Assembly (NCBI GenBank): GCA_963704755.1
Contig: OY969938.1
Span: 4,440,001-4,472,000 of the forward strand
DNA length: 32,000 nt
From: an uncultured Chloroflexia bacterium
GTDB lineage: Bacteria; Chloroflexota; Anaerolineae; Anaerolineales; Anaerolineaceae
Direction of reading: 5' to 3'
Below, piece after piece: positions 1-7,561 of this stretch (position 1 is its first letter; every line of letters starts with the position of its first letter). A program made the position numbers and the translations under genes. The notes under the pieces are model-generated. The model saw only the letters and a program-made list of their open reading frames with translations. It had not been told where the DNA came from and did not search any database.

Positions 1-110
1 GCGACGAAGCGGTCATGTCCATCCGCAACTTTGGTGAAAAGAGTCTGGACGAACTGCGCCAGAAGATGCAGGAAAAAGGTTTCCTGCAAGATGAAAAAGA
101 GACGGAGTAA
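1..110 (+). CDS. rpoA: DNA-directed RNA polymerase alpha subunit, C-terminal end (5' part lies outside the window)
   Basis: Reading from nt 3 gives DEAVMSIRNFGEKSLDELRQKMQEKGFLQDEKETE, then TAA at 108-110. IRNFGxKSLxEL is the helix-hairpin-helix of the alpha C-terminal domain. rplQ follows 6 nt later, which is the conserved rpoA-rplQ order. Confidence 0.85.
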   Translation, partial: DEAVMSIRNFGEKSLDELRQKMQEKGFLQDEKETE

Positions 111-116
111 GGTTCT

Positions 117-494
117 ATGCGCCATCAAGTAGCAGGCTACAAACTGGGACGATCAGTCGGTCAGCGCAACAGTTTACGCCGCACGATGATCAATCAGTTC
201 TTTACAAATGAACGCATGCAGACCACCCGGGCGAAAGCGTTATCGATCCGCGGCGAAGCCGAACGGATGATCACCGTGGCTCGGAACAGCGCCAAAGGCA
301 GCGATGTCGACAAAGTCAATGCCCGCCGGCTGATTGCTTCCCGCCTGGATAACCCGGCTGTGGTCAAGAAGTTGTTTGATGAAATTGGCCCGCGCTATGC
401 CAACCGCAATGGTGGGTATACACGGATGTTCAAGCTGGGGCCTCGCCTGGGTGATTCCGCCGAGATGGTCCTGCTCGAACTGGTTGAGGATTAA
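117..494 (+). CDS. rplQ: 50S ribosomal protein L17
   Basis: 125-aa ORF. The N-terminus MRHQVAGYKLGRSVGQRNSLRR and the C-terminus GGYTRMFKLGPRLGDSAEMVLLELV are the L17 signature. ATG start with GGAG 9 nt upstream. Confidence 0.97.
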   Translation: MRHQVAGYKLGRSVGQRNSLRRTMINQFFTNERMQTTRAKALSIRGEAERMITVARNSAKGSDVDKVNARRLIASRLDNPAVVKKLFDEIGPRYANRNGGYTRMFKLGPRLGDSAEMVLLELVED

Positions 495-522
495 AACCAT
501 CCGGCGTTAATACCGGAATGGG

Positions 523-1326
523 ATGGAACGTTACCAGGTTATTTTAGTTTACGACGGCACGGACTTCCAGGGCTTTCAACGGCAAGGAAGTAAGCGTACG
601 GTACAGGCAGTCGTCGAAGAAGCGCTGCGCTCTTTTGGGTGGCGTGACCGGACGATCCTTTATGCCGGGCGAACCGATACCGGCGTCCATGCAAGCGGTC
701 AGGTGATTGCATTCGACCTGGACTGGGCTCACGAAATTGATGCGCTCGGCCGGGCGATGAATGCAGCACTGCCCGCTGATGTGGCGGCCAGGTCGGTAAA
801 AAAGGTAGCGGCGGATTTCAATCCACGCCACCAGGCTTGGGCCCGCCAGTATCGTTATCACTTATTTTGCCGCCCCGAACGGGATCCGCTGCGTGAAAGA
901 TATGCGTGGCGAGTTTGGCCCGCGGTTCAGGCGGAACTGCTGCAAGATGCAGCCAACTGCCTGCCGGGTATACACGATTTCGCGGCGTTCGGGTCTCCAA
1001 TGAAGCCGGGAGGGAGTACAGTCCGCATGGTTTACAATGCGAACTGGGAGCAGGAAGGAGAAGACGCATGGTCATTCTCGGTCAGCGCAAATGCCTTTCT
1101 GTACCGGATGGTACGTCGCCTGGTGTTTTTGCAAGTTCTGGTCGGCAGGCAGAAGCTTCCTTTGGAAGAATTTGCTCAAGCCCTCCAAGACCCAAAAGTT
1201 CTGACACCAGGACTTGCAAAACCAAATGGCCTCGTTTTAGAACACGTAATTTATCCGTCGTATGGAAATGGGCCTGAAGGGTTGATCAAACCCTTATCTG
1301 CCAGTGGAGAAAAGGACTGTGGATAA
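523..1326 (+). CDS. truA: tRNA pseudouridine(38-40) synthase TruA
   Basis: 267-aa ORF. It has the YDGTDFQGFQRQ N-terminal motif and the catalytic Asp motif GRTDTGVHASGQV, plus the later FLYRMVRRLV motif typical of TruA. Its position between rplQ and rplM is a common synteny. Confidence 0.93.
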   Translation: MERYQVILVYDGTDFQGFQRQGSKRTVQAVVEEALRSFGWRDRTILYAGRTDTGVHASGQVIAFDLDWAHEIDALGRAMNAALPADVAARSVKKVAADFNPRHQAWARQYRYHLFCRPERDPLRERYAWRVWPAVQAELLQDAANCLPGIHDFAAFGSPMKPGGSTVRMVYNANWEQEGEDAWSFSVSANAFLYRMVRRLVFLQVLVGRQKLPLEEFAQALQDPKVLTPGLAKPNGLVLEHVIYPSYGNGPEGLIKPLSASGEKDCG

Positions 1327-1744
1327 GACGTACGTAATAAAGGGAAAACCCGAAACAAATTGGATACTTGTGGACGCAGGCGGCCAGAGTCTTGGCCGGT
1401 TGGCGTCGCAAATTGTGAATTACCTGTTGGGTAAGCACAAGCCAACCTTCACCCCTGGTGTGGGCATGGGTGATTATGTGGTTGTGGTGAATGCGTCCCA
1501 ACTGCAGTTCACCGAAAAACGCTTGAACAACAAGGTATATCAAAAGCACTCCGGTTACCCGGGTGGATTGAAAACCATTGGTCTGCGTGACCAGTTGAAC
1601 AATCACCCTGACCGGGTTATCCGGGCTGCGGTGTGGGGCATGCTCCCGCACAACAAGCTTGGTCGCCAGCTCATCAAGCGTCTAAAGGTGTACGCGGGAA
1701 CCGAACATCCGCATACTGCCCAGAACCCAGAGCCGGTTGTGTAA
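1304..1744 (+). CDS. rplM: 50S ribosomal protein L13
   Basis: WILVDAGGQSLGRLASQIVNYLLGKHKPTFTPGVGMGDYVVVVNA is the L13 signature. The start is ambiguous: GTG at 1304 overlaps truA by 23 nt, and an in-frame GTG at 1319 gives VDKTYVIK..., closer to the usual L13 length. Confidence 0.93.
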   Translation: MEKRTVDKTYVIKGKPETNWILVDAGGQSLGRLASQIVNYLLGKHKPTFTPGVGMGDYVVVVNASQLQFTEKRLNNKVYQKHSGYPGGLKTIGLRDQLNNHPDRVIRAAVWGMLPHNKLGRQLIKRLKVYAGTEHPHTAQNPEPVV

Positions 1745-1760
1745 AGGAGAGTAAGAGAAT

Positions 1761-2156
1761 ATGTCCGTTCAATATTTTGAGGGTGTTGGGCGACGCAAGG
1801 AATCTTCTGCGCGCGTCCGCGTTATGGCTGGCTCCGGAAAATTCACGGTCAACCAGAAATCGTTGGAAGAGTATTTCACCCGGGTAGGCGATATGGAAGA
1901 TATCTTACGCCCATTCGCTGCCACCCAGCAGGAACGCTCTACCTTCGACGTGACAGTGGTCGTCAACGGTGGTGGTGTGACCGGACAGACTGACGCGGTC
2001 AAACTGGGTTTGGCCCGGGCATTGGTCAAGATGAACGCTGAACACGTTCACGACCTGCGCAAGAATGGCTTGCTGACGCGCGATCCACGTATCAAGGAAC
2101 GCAAAAAGCCAGGCCTCAAGCGCGCTCGCAAGGCACCGACCTACACCAAACGCTAG
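1761..2156 (+). CDS. rpsI: 30S ribosomal protein S9
   Basis: 131-aa ORF with GVGRRKESSARVRV near the N-terminus and the basic tail KKPGLKRARKAPTYTKR. AAGGAGA Shine-Dalgarno sequence upstream of the ATG. Conserved rplM-rpsI pair. Confidence 0.97.
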   Translation: MSVQYFEGVGRRKESSARVRVMAGSGKFTVNQKSLEEYFTRVGDMEDILRPFAATQQERSTFDVTVVVNGGGVTGQTDAVKLGLARALVKMNAEHVHDLRKNGLLTRDPRIKERKKPGLKRARKAPTYTKR

Positions 2157-2195
2157 AGCAAACGCGGGTTTTCCCGTCTATATCCGAATATAATA

Positions 2196-2245
2196 GGGGC
2201 ATGCGCAGAACAGAACTTACCCTGTGCATGCCCTGTTTGTATTCT
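2196..2245 (+). terminator. Intrinsic terminator after rpsI
   Basis: GGGCATGCGCAG (2197-2208) pairs with CTGTGCATGCCC (2222-2233): 12 bp with one G-U and a 13-nt loop. It is followed by TGTTTGTATT. It lies 40 nt after the rpsI stop. Confidence 0.6.
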
Positions 2246-2263
2246 GGCTGAGAAGAGGACCGA

Positions 2264-3739
2264 ATGGTTGAAAATGAAACCGGCGCCGGCATCGTTTTAC
2301 TGGGTTTAGGCCCCGGAGACCCTGGAAAAATTACTCGGGCTGCCTGGGATTGGCTGAACCAGATCCCCGAAATCTATTTGCGTACCAGCCAGCACCCGGT
2401 GGTATCGGCATTCCCGTCTGAACTGGAAGTCCATTCCTTCGATGATCTGTACGATCAATCGGAAACTTTTGCTGACGTATACGGCCAAATTGTCGAGAAG
2501 GTGCTCGAATTGGGCCGGCGCCCGGAGGGTGTCACCTATGCCGTTCCTGGGCACCCGTTCGTGGCCGAAGCCACTGCACCGGAAATCAAGCGGCGCGCAG
2601 AAGAAATGGGCCTGCCCGTGCGCGTTCTGGATGGGATGAGCTTTCTTGAACCTGTTTTCAGTGCCCTGGGGTTGGATCCGTTTCCGCGCCTGGCTCTTTT
2701 AGACGCGCTCGAACTGGCCAATTTACTCACCCCCAATTTTCCTCCGGATATGCCGGTATTGGTGACCCAGATCTATGACCAGATGAGCGCTTCGGGGGTC
2801 AAGTTGACCCTCAACGCGGTTTATCCGGACGATCATCCGGTCAGGCTGGTGCATGCCGCCGGGACGGAAGCGGAGAGCATCGAGGACGTGCTTTTATATG
2901 AAATCGATCGCAGCCCGAAAGTTGGCCTGATGACGGCGTTGTATGTGCCGCCTCTCAGCCCGGACTCTTCGCTGGAATCATTTCAGGAAGTGGTGGCGCG
3001 CCTGCGGGCGCCGGATGGCTGCCCCTGGGACCGCGAGCAGACTCACTTGAGCCTGCGGAAATATTTGTTGGAAGAGACGTATGAGGTCATCGACGCGCTC
3101 GACCAGGAAAACGCGCAGGACCTGTGCGAAGAATTGGGCGATTTGCTTTTACAGATCGTTTTACATGCCCAAATCGCAGTGGAAGAGGGTGAGTTCAGCC
3201 TGGCCGAGGTAGTCGAGGGGATTAACCGCAAGATCATCTATCGGCACCCGCATGTGTTTGGCGACGAACAGGTCAGCGGTGTAGATGGGGTGCTCAAGAA
3301 CTGGGAAAAGCTCAAGGCCAAAGAACACGCCGAAAAAGGCGAAAATAACCACCGTAAAGGCCTCCTGGATGGAATTCCCGCGGCGATGCCCGCTCTGAAT
3401 CGCGCTCAGGAGATCCAGAACCGGGCCGCGCGGGTGGGTTTTGACTGGACAGAAGTGGCCCCGGTAATCGCCAAAATCGAAGAAGAACTGGCGGAAGTAA
3501 AAGCGGCCAATACGATGGAAGAGCGCGTCAAAGAGCTGGGTGATTTGCTCTTCGCCGTGGTCAACCTGGTACGCTGGTATGACGGAGATGCAGAGGCCGC
3601 CTTGCGCGGGACGAACCAGCGTTTCCTGTCTCGGTTTGCCCACATCGAAGCGCGCGCAGCCGAACAAGGCCGCACGCTGGATGGCATGACCCTGGCAGAG
3701 ATGGACGTGTGGTGGGATGAAGCAAAAAAGAGAGAATAG
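2264..3739 (+). CDS. mazG: YabN-type fusion protein: N-terminal tetrapyrrole (SAM-dependent) methylase-like domain plus C-terminal tandem MazG nucleoside triphosphate pyrophosphohydrolase domains
   Basis: 491 aa. The N-terminal VLLGLGPGDPGKIT matches the methylase GxGPG motif. The C-terminal half has CPWDREQTHLSLRKYLLEETYEVIDAL...ELGDLLLQIVLHA and a second repeat, EELAEVKAA...ELGDLLFAVVNLVRW, both MazG EExxE/D-type motifs. Size and architecture match Bacillus YabN (recalled from memory). Confidence 0.85.
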   Translation: MVENETGAGIVLLGLGPGDPGKITRAAWDWLNQIPEIYLRTSQHPVVSAFPSELEVHSFDDLYDQSETFADVYGQIVEKVLELGRRPEGVTYAVPGHPFVAEATAPEIKRRAEEMGLPVRVLDGMSFLEPVFSALGLDPFPRLALLDALELANLLTPNFPPDMPVLVTQIYDQMSASGVKLTLNAVYPDDHPVRLVHAAGTEAESIEDVLLYEIDRSPKVGLMTALYVPPLSPDSSLESFQEVVARLRAPDGCPWDREQTHLSLRKYLLEETYEVIDALDQENAQDLCEELGDLLLQIVLHAQIAVEEGEFSLAEVVEGINRKIIYRHPHVFGDEQVSGVDGVLKNWEKLKAKEHAEKGENNHRKGLLDGIPAAMPALNRAQEIQNRAARVGFDWTEVAPVIAKIEEELAEVKAANTMEERVKELGDLLFAVVNLVRWYDGDAEAALRGTNQRFLSRFAHIEARAAEQGRTLDGMTLAEMDVWWDEAKKRE

Positions 3740-3874
3740 AGAGTAGTTATTGGAGAATAGTAGAAAAGCAATCAGTTGACGTGGCAACGAGAAAAGAGAG
3801 AAGTGATATAGGGGAGAATGTTATTGTCCGAACCCCTAATCTCTACTCTCTTTTCTCTAATCTCTTTTTTTTCT

Positions 3875-4333
3875 TTAGCCTAGATCCGGCGAGTCAAACC
3901 ACAAGCCTGTGATCTGGTAGGGCTCGTTGAGCGAGAGGATCAGGCGCATGTTGACTGTCTGGCCGGAATCAAAGGTCAGTGTGTAAACTATGGTCGAGTA
4001 CTGGTCGTTTTGCAGCACCGATTCGATCTGGTTGGACTGGTAATTGCCCATCTTGGTGTGCAAATCTTGCAAGAAGGACTGGAACGAAGCTTCGTCCCAG
4101 CCTTTTTTCACGTCGGCCGTGAAATTGCTGGTAAACAGGGTGTAATCGTTGTTGCTCAGGCCAGTGATGACGGATTGGCCCAGCGGATCGGCAGCAGCTA
4201 CCAGGGTTGATTCGGGGGAGCCGCTCAACTCGTCGGTGTTACCCAGAGGCGCATCGACAGCTTTGCAGGCCGCCAACGCCAATAAACACAGGCTGACCAC
4301 TGCCAGCCGGATGAATTTACCTGTTGCGGTCAT
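3875..4333 (-). CDS. Putative lipoprotein, DUF3887-like
   Basis: I start the gene at the internal ATG at 4333, not the track start at 4429, which would overlap tnaA. This gives MTATGKFIRLAVVSLCLLALAAC, a signal peptide plus an LAAC lipobox. The mature part (NNDYTLFTSNFTADVKK...YTLTFDSGQTVNMRLIL...ITGLWF) resembles DUF3887-type lipoproteins. It lies 28 nt downstream of tnaA on the same strand. Confidence 0.7.
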   Translation of the reverse strand: MTATGKFIRLAVVSLCLLALAACKAVDAPLGNTDELSGSPESTLVAAADPLGQSVITGLSNNDYTLFTSNFTADVKKGWDEASFQSFLQDLHTKMGNYQSNQIESVLQNDQYSTIVYTLTFDSGQTVNMRLILSLNEPYQITGLWFDSPDLG

Positions 4334-4361
4334 TTCAATTCCACTCTTGCGTAAAGGTTCC

Positions 4362-5738
4362 TTACAGCGGCTCGAAGCGGGCGGTAAAGTGGCGCAGCAG
4401 CTCCGGCGCATAAGTGATGCGATAGCCATGAATATCGTTTGCTTTTTGTGCGACCCGTTCGATTACATCGGCTACATAATCGAAATGGGCCTGAGTGTAG
4501 GTGCGGCGCGGGATGGCCAGGCGGACCAGCTCGAGCTTGGGGTAATTCATTTCGCCGGTGTCGGGGTCGGGGTGGGCAAACATCACCGAGCCGATCTCGA
4601 CCCCGCGGATACCGCCTTCCAGGTACAGCGCGGAGACCAGCGCTTGCCCGGGGAATTCGCCGTGGGGAATATGGGGCAGCAGTCGGCCGGCATCCAGGTA
4701 GATGGCGTGCCCGCCGGTGGGTTCGATAAAAGGGACGCCGGCATCGCGCAGGCGGTCGCCCAGGTAGCCGGTTTGGCCGATGCGATAGGCCAGGTAGCGC
4801 TCATCCAGGCCTTCCAGCAAGCCGACGGCAATTGCATCCAGGTCGCGGCCGGCCAGGCCGCCGTAGGTGATAAACCCTTCGCGCATAATCAACTCGTTGG
4901 AGATGCGTTGGAACAGTTCGTCATCGTTGCAGGCCAGGAAGCCGCCAATATTGACCAGGGCATCCTTTTTGGCCGACATCCAGGCCCCATCCGCCAGGGA
5001 GAAGATCTCGTTGGCAATCTCTAGAGGCGATTTATTCGCATAGCCAGGTTCGCGCAGCTTGATGAAATAAGCATTTTCGGCGAAGCGGCACAAATCAATG
5101 AAGAAGGGGATGCCGTAATGGCGGTAAACCTCGGATACGGCGCGGATATTTTCTACGGATACCGGCTGGCCACCGCCGGCATTGTTGGTAATGGTGATCG
5201 TCCCAAAGGGAATATTACGCGGGCCGGTCTGCTCGATGAAGTTGCGCAGCTTGTCCACATCCATATTGCCCTTGAAGGGATGGAAAATTACCGGGTCGAA
5301 GGCTGCGTCGATGACCAGGTTGGTCGGACGGCCGCCGCGGGCCATGATGTTACCCTCGGTGGTATCGAAATGCATGTTGGAGGGCACGAAATTGCCTGGT
5401 TTGACCAGCAGGTTGGAGAGAATGTTCTCCGCGGCGCGGCCCTGGTGGGTGGGGACGAAGTGTTTGAAATTGAAGATCTTTTTCATCACCTCGCTGAGGT
5501 GATAATAGGAGCGAGCGCCGGCGTATAATTCGTCGCCGGTGATCATAGCTGCCCATTGTTCCTGGCTCATCGTCCCTGTCCCAGAATCCGTCAAAAGATC
5601 AATAAATACGTCATCGGAGCGCAGGTTGAAGACGTTATAACCGGCCGATAACATCGCCTCTTTCCGCTCATCTGCGCCAATCAGGTGGATCGGTTCGACC
5701 ATTTTGATGCGAAACGGTTCAACAGGGTACTGGGCCAT
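4362..5738 (-). CDS. tnaA: Tryptophanase-type PLP-dependent beta-eliminating lyase
   Basis: 458 aa. EPFRIKMVEP...IDLLTDSGTGTMS...VPTHQGRAAENIL is the tryptophanase / tyrosine phenol-lyase family. The PLP lysine motif is SAKKDALVNIGG. HFDTTEG and the C-terminal LLRHFTARF carry Asp and His at the positions that are Asp137/His463 in E. coli TnaA and Thr124/Phe448 in Citrobacter TPL (numbering from memory). GGAGG lies 6 nt upstream of the ATG. Confidence 0.85.
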   Translation of the reverse strand: MAQYPVEPFRIKMVEPIHLIGADERKEAMLSAGYNVFNLRSDDVFIDLLTDSGTGTMSQEQWAAMITGDELYAGARSYYHLSEVMKKIFNFKHFVPTHQGRAAENILSNLLVKPGNFVPSNMHFDTTEGNIMARGGRPTNLVIDAAFDPVIFHPFKGNMDVDKLRNFIEQTGPRNIPFGTITITNNAGGGQPVSVENIRAVSEVYRHYGIPFFIDLCRFAENAYFIKLREPGYANKSPLEIANEIFSLADGAWMSAKKDALVNIGGFLACNDDELFQRISNELIMREGFITYGGLAGRDLDAIAVGLLEGLDERYLAYRIGQTGYLGDRLRDAGVPFIEPTGGHAIYLDAGRLLPHIPHGEFPGQALVSALYLEGGIRGVEIGSVMFAHPDPDTGEMNYPKLELVRLAIPRRTYTQAHFDYVADVIERVAQKANDIHGYRITYAPELLRHFTARFEPL

Positions 5739-6302
5739 CCAATTCCTCCAATGAAATGATATAGGTATGGGGTAACAATTTCGTGAAACAGTCAGGAAAG
5801 TAATTTGCAGGGGAGGAACTTCTCTCCCCGGCAGGCAGGCTAGATTCAGTTGGCTATCTGGGGATATGAGTTTTTAACTTGAAAACTCGTCCAGTGTAAC
5901 ACAAATTCAACCCGCCGGCATGAGGTTGCGGGAGATTGTAAGACAAATCTTAGCAGGGAAAAATAAGTGATTTATGTTTGGACAGCCTCTGTCCGGAGGC
6001 CGGGCCGAACGTTGGCTCCAGCTCGTTGGTTCATGACCAATGGTTTCGTTATGCACACTCTCTACCGGCAAAATCGTTGGATAAGAATCGATTCGGGCTC
6101 TCCTGGGATGGAGGAAGCCTCTTGCTGAACCTCTGGACCTGCCGCCGAACGGAAAGACCGGCCGGGCACAGTGGGTTAACCGGGCGGCTTTCCAGAAGCA
6201 TAAATCAATCGGTTATAATATATAACATAAATATAATTGATTGAAAAATAGATTATAGTTTTATAATATTAAATCAAAGTGCAATAATATTTAAAATAAC
6301 TC

Positions 6303-6333
6303 TTGACAATCTAAAAATAGATGCTAAGATAAT
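6303..6333 (+). promoter_or_regulatory. Candidate sigma-70 promoter for the 6400 operon
   Basis: Perfect TTGACA at 6303-6308. With a 16-nt spacer the -10 box is TAAGAT (6325-6330); GATAAT at 6328-6333 is an alternative. The site sits in a very AT-rich block (6190-6400) about 70 nt upstream of the ATG at 6400. Confidence 0.4.
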
Positions 6334-6399
6334 CACAGAGAACAGAAGACAAACCCCTACTCGAGAGAGTTGACGAGGATATAAATTCAGGAGCTTTTT

Positions 6400-7542
6400 A
6401 TGGCCAGCAGGACGATTGTTTACGAAAATTCTATGCGTATCGAGATCGTTGCCAACGATCATTTATCTTTGAATGGGTGGGAATCACCTGAAATACACAT
6501 CGATATTGCCAACGAGCGCAATTTGATAGTCAATCAGAGGCAGGATGTGGTGTACATCGAAGCGGAGGACGATTGTATCGTCAGCGTTCCGCTGGATGCA
6601 GCGGTCACCATCGCCAACGTCGGTGGATCGGCCTCGATCGTTGGGCTGAACGGGCATTTATCCATCGATAATATTGGCGGGCATTTGACGCTCAATCAGG
6701 TTAACAGCGTGACCTGTGAAAACGTAGGCGGGCATTTACGTTTTTCGCAGGTTCGCGGCGATATCACCGTAGCGAACGTCGGTGGAAATATTAAAGGGGA
6801 GGGCATGCAGGGCAAGCTTTCCGCGCGTAATGTGGGCGGCTCGGTGCGGGTGAATAATTTGAACAGCCTGGACAATGTCCGCGTGGGCGGAAACGTACGG
6901 GCCAGGCTGCTCAGCCTGGGCGCTGACGTGCGAATTGTCGCCGGCGGGGCCATCCGGTTGTGGTTACCGCAAGGGGTTGGCTATGAAATGGAAGCAACCT
7001 CCGGCGGAGAAAAGATCGTCGTGATGACCAACGGCGAGCGCAGTCGTTATTCGACCGGGCACCAGCGCATGACCGTCGCCGGTGGGGGACCATTGGTGCA
7101 GTTGGCCGCCGGAGGCAGCATCACCGTCGTTGATGCCCGCTTTGACGATGATGCGCTGGGCGACGATTGGGGTTTTGGAAATATCGAAGTCGAGGTCAAT
7201 GGCTTCGACGACCTTTCGGAGCAAATCAACGCCCGCATCCGCAGCAAAATGGAAGGCGCCGAAAAACGTTTCCGCGATGCCGAGCGGCGCGCGCACGCGG
7301 CCAGCGCCCGGGCCGAAGAATCGATGCAGCGGGCAATGGAGCAACTCAATGTCAATTTTAGCGTGCCAACACCGGGGCGGTATACGCCTTCTGAGGGGCG
7401 GCCACCGGCGGCGCAACCATCCACGCCCGCAAAATCCAGCGACGAGGAACGCTTGATGATCCTCAATATGCTGAAAGAGGGCAAGATCTCGGCCGTTGAG
7501 GCCAGCCGGTTGTTGGACGTGCTGGATGGCAAATTCCATTAA
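6400..7542 (+). CDS. DUF4097-like beta-helix repeat protein with coiled-coil, Pro-rich linker and C-terminal SHOCT-like (LiaX/YvlB-type) helical motif
   Basis: 380 aa, with AGGAG 6 nt upstream of the ATG. Residues about 75-190 are a periodic N[VI]GG-x-[hydrophobic alternation] repeat (VGGSASIVGLNGHLSIDNIGGHLTLNQVNSVTCENVGGHLRFSQVRGDITVANVGGNIKG...NVGGSVRV...VGGNVRA), as in DUF4097 putative-adhesin / LiaX C-domains. This is followed by a charged helix (RIRSKMEGAEKRFRDAERRAHAASARAEESMQRAMEQL), a Pro-rich linker, and DEERLMILNMLKEGKISAVEASRLLDVLDG. Confidence 0.8.
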   Translation: MASRTIVYENSMRIEIVANDHLSLNGWESPEIHIDIANERNLIVNQRQDVVYIEAEDDCIVSVPLDAAVTIANVGGSASIVGLNGHLSIDNIGGHLTLNQVNSVTCENVGGHLRFSQVRGDITVANVGGNIKGEGMQGKLSARNVGGSVRVNNLNSLDNVRVGGNVRARLLSLGADVRIVAGGAIRLWLPQGVGYEMEATSGGEKIVVMTNGERSRYSTGHQRMTVAGGGPLVQLAAGGSITVVDARFDDDALGDDWGFGNIEVEVNGFDDLSEQINARIRSKMEGAEKRFRDAERRAHAASARAEESMQRAMEQLNVNFSVPTPGRYTPSEGRPPAAQPSTPAKSSDEERLMILNMLKEGKISAVEASRLLDVLDGKFH

Positions 7543-7561
7543 TCGCGCAGCGGAGGCAGCG

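Noticed and set aside
2189-2194. A TATAAT hexamer upstream of the mazG-like gene
   Set aside because: It lies immediately before the rpsI terminator hairpin and has no convincing -35 box. A promoter here would transcribe straight into the terminator stem.
3724-3872. Purine-rich and pyrimidine-rich imperfect inverted repeats (AAAAAAGAGAGAATAGAGAGTAG versus CTACTCTCTTTTCTCTAATCTCTTTTTTTT) flanking the mazG/lipoprotein convergent gap, with an inner TAGGGG/CCCCTA stem
   Set aside because: This is probably just a loose bidirectional terminator region. The pairing has mismatches and a bulge, and I could not define a canonical stem plus U-tract for either strand, so I did not annotate it as a feature.
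4149-5024. A 291-aa plus-strand ORF, along with 5118-5528 and other ORFs opposite tnaA
   Set aside because: These are antisense to a well-supported tryptophanase gene. The composition is low-complexity (Ala/Gly/Gln/Val) and there is no start context.
5960-6195. A possible SRP RNA or cobalamin riboswitch, suggested by CAGGTCCAGAGGTTCAGCA (minus strand) and GGACCTGCC (plus strand)
   Set aside because: The SRP-like stretch has no GNRA tetraloop closed by the expected pairs. The cobalamin-like ACCTGCC has no accompanying AGGGAA / GCCACTG / GGGAAGGC boxes. The resemblance is too partial.
5978-6244. An 88-aa plus-strand ORF in the tnaA/6400 intergenic region, and an ORF of about 50 aa on the minus strand starting at ATG 6201
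   Set aside because: Neither has an SD. The plus-strand ORF has a TTG start and runs from the GC-rich core straight into AT-rich promoter DNA (its C-terminus reads SVIIYNINIID). Neither translation looks like a folded protein. I kept this region only as an unexplained non-coding finding.
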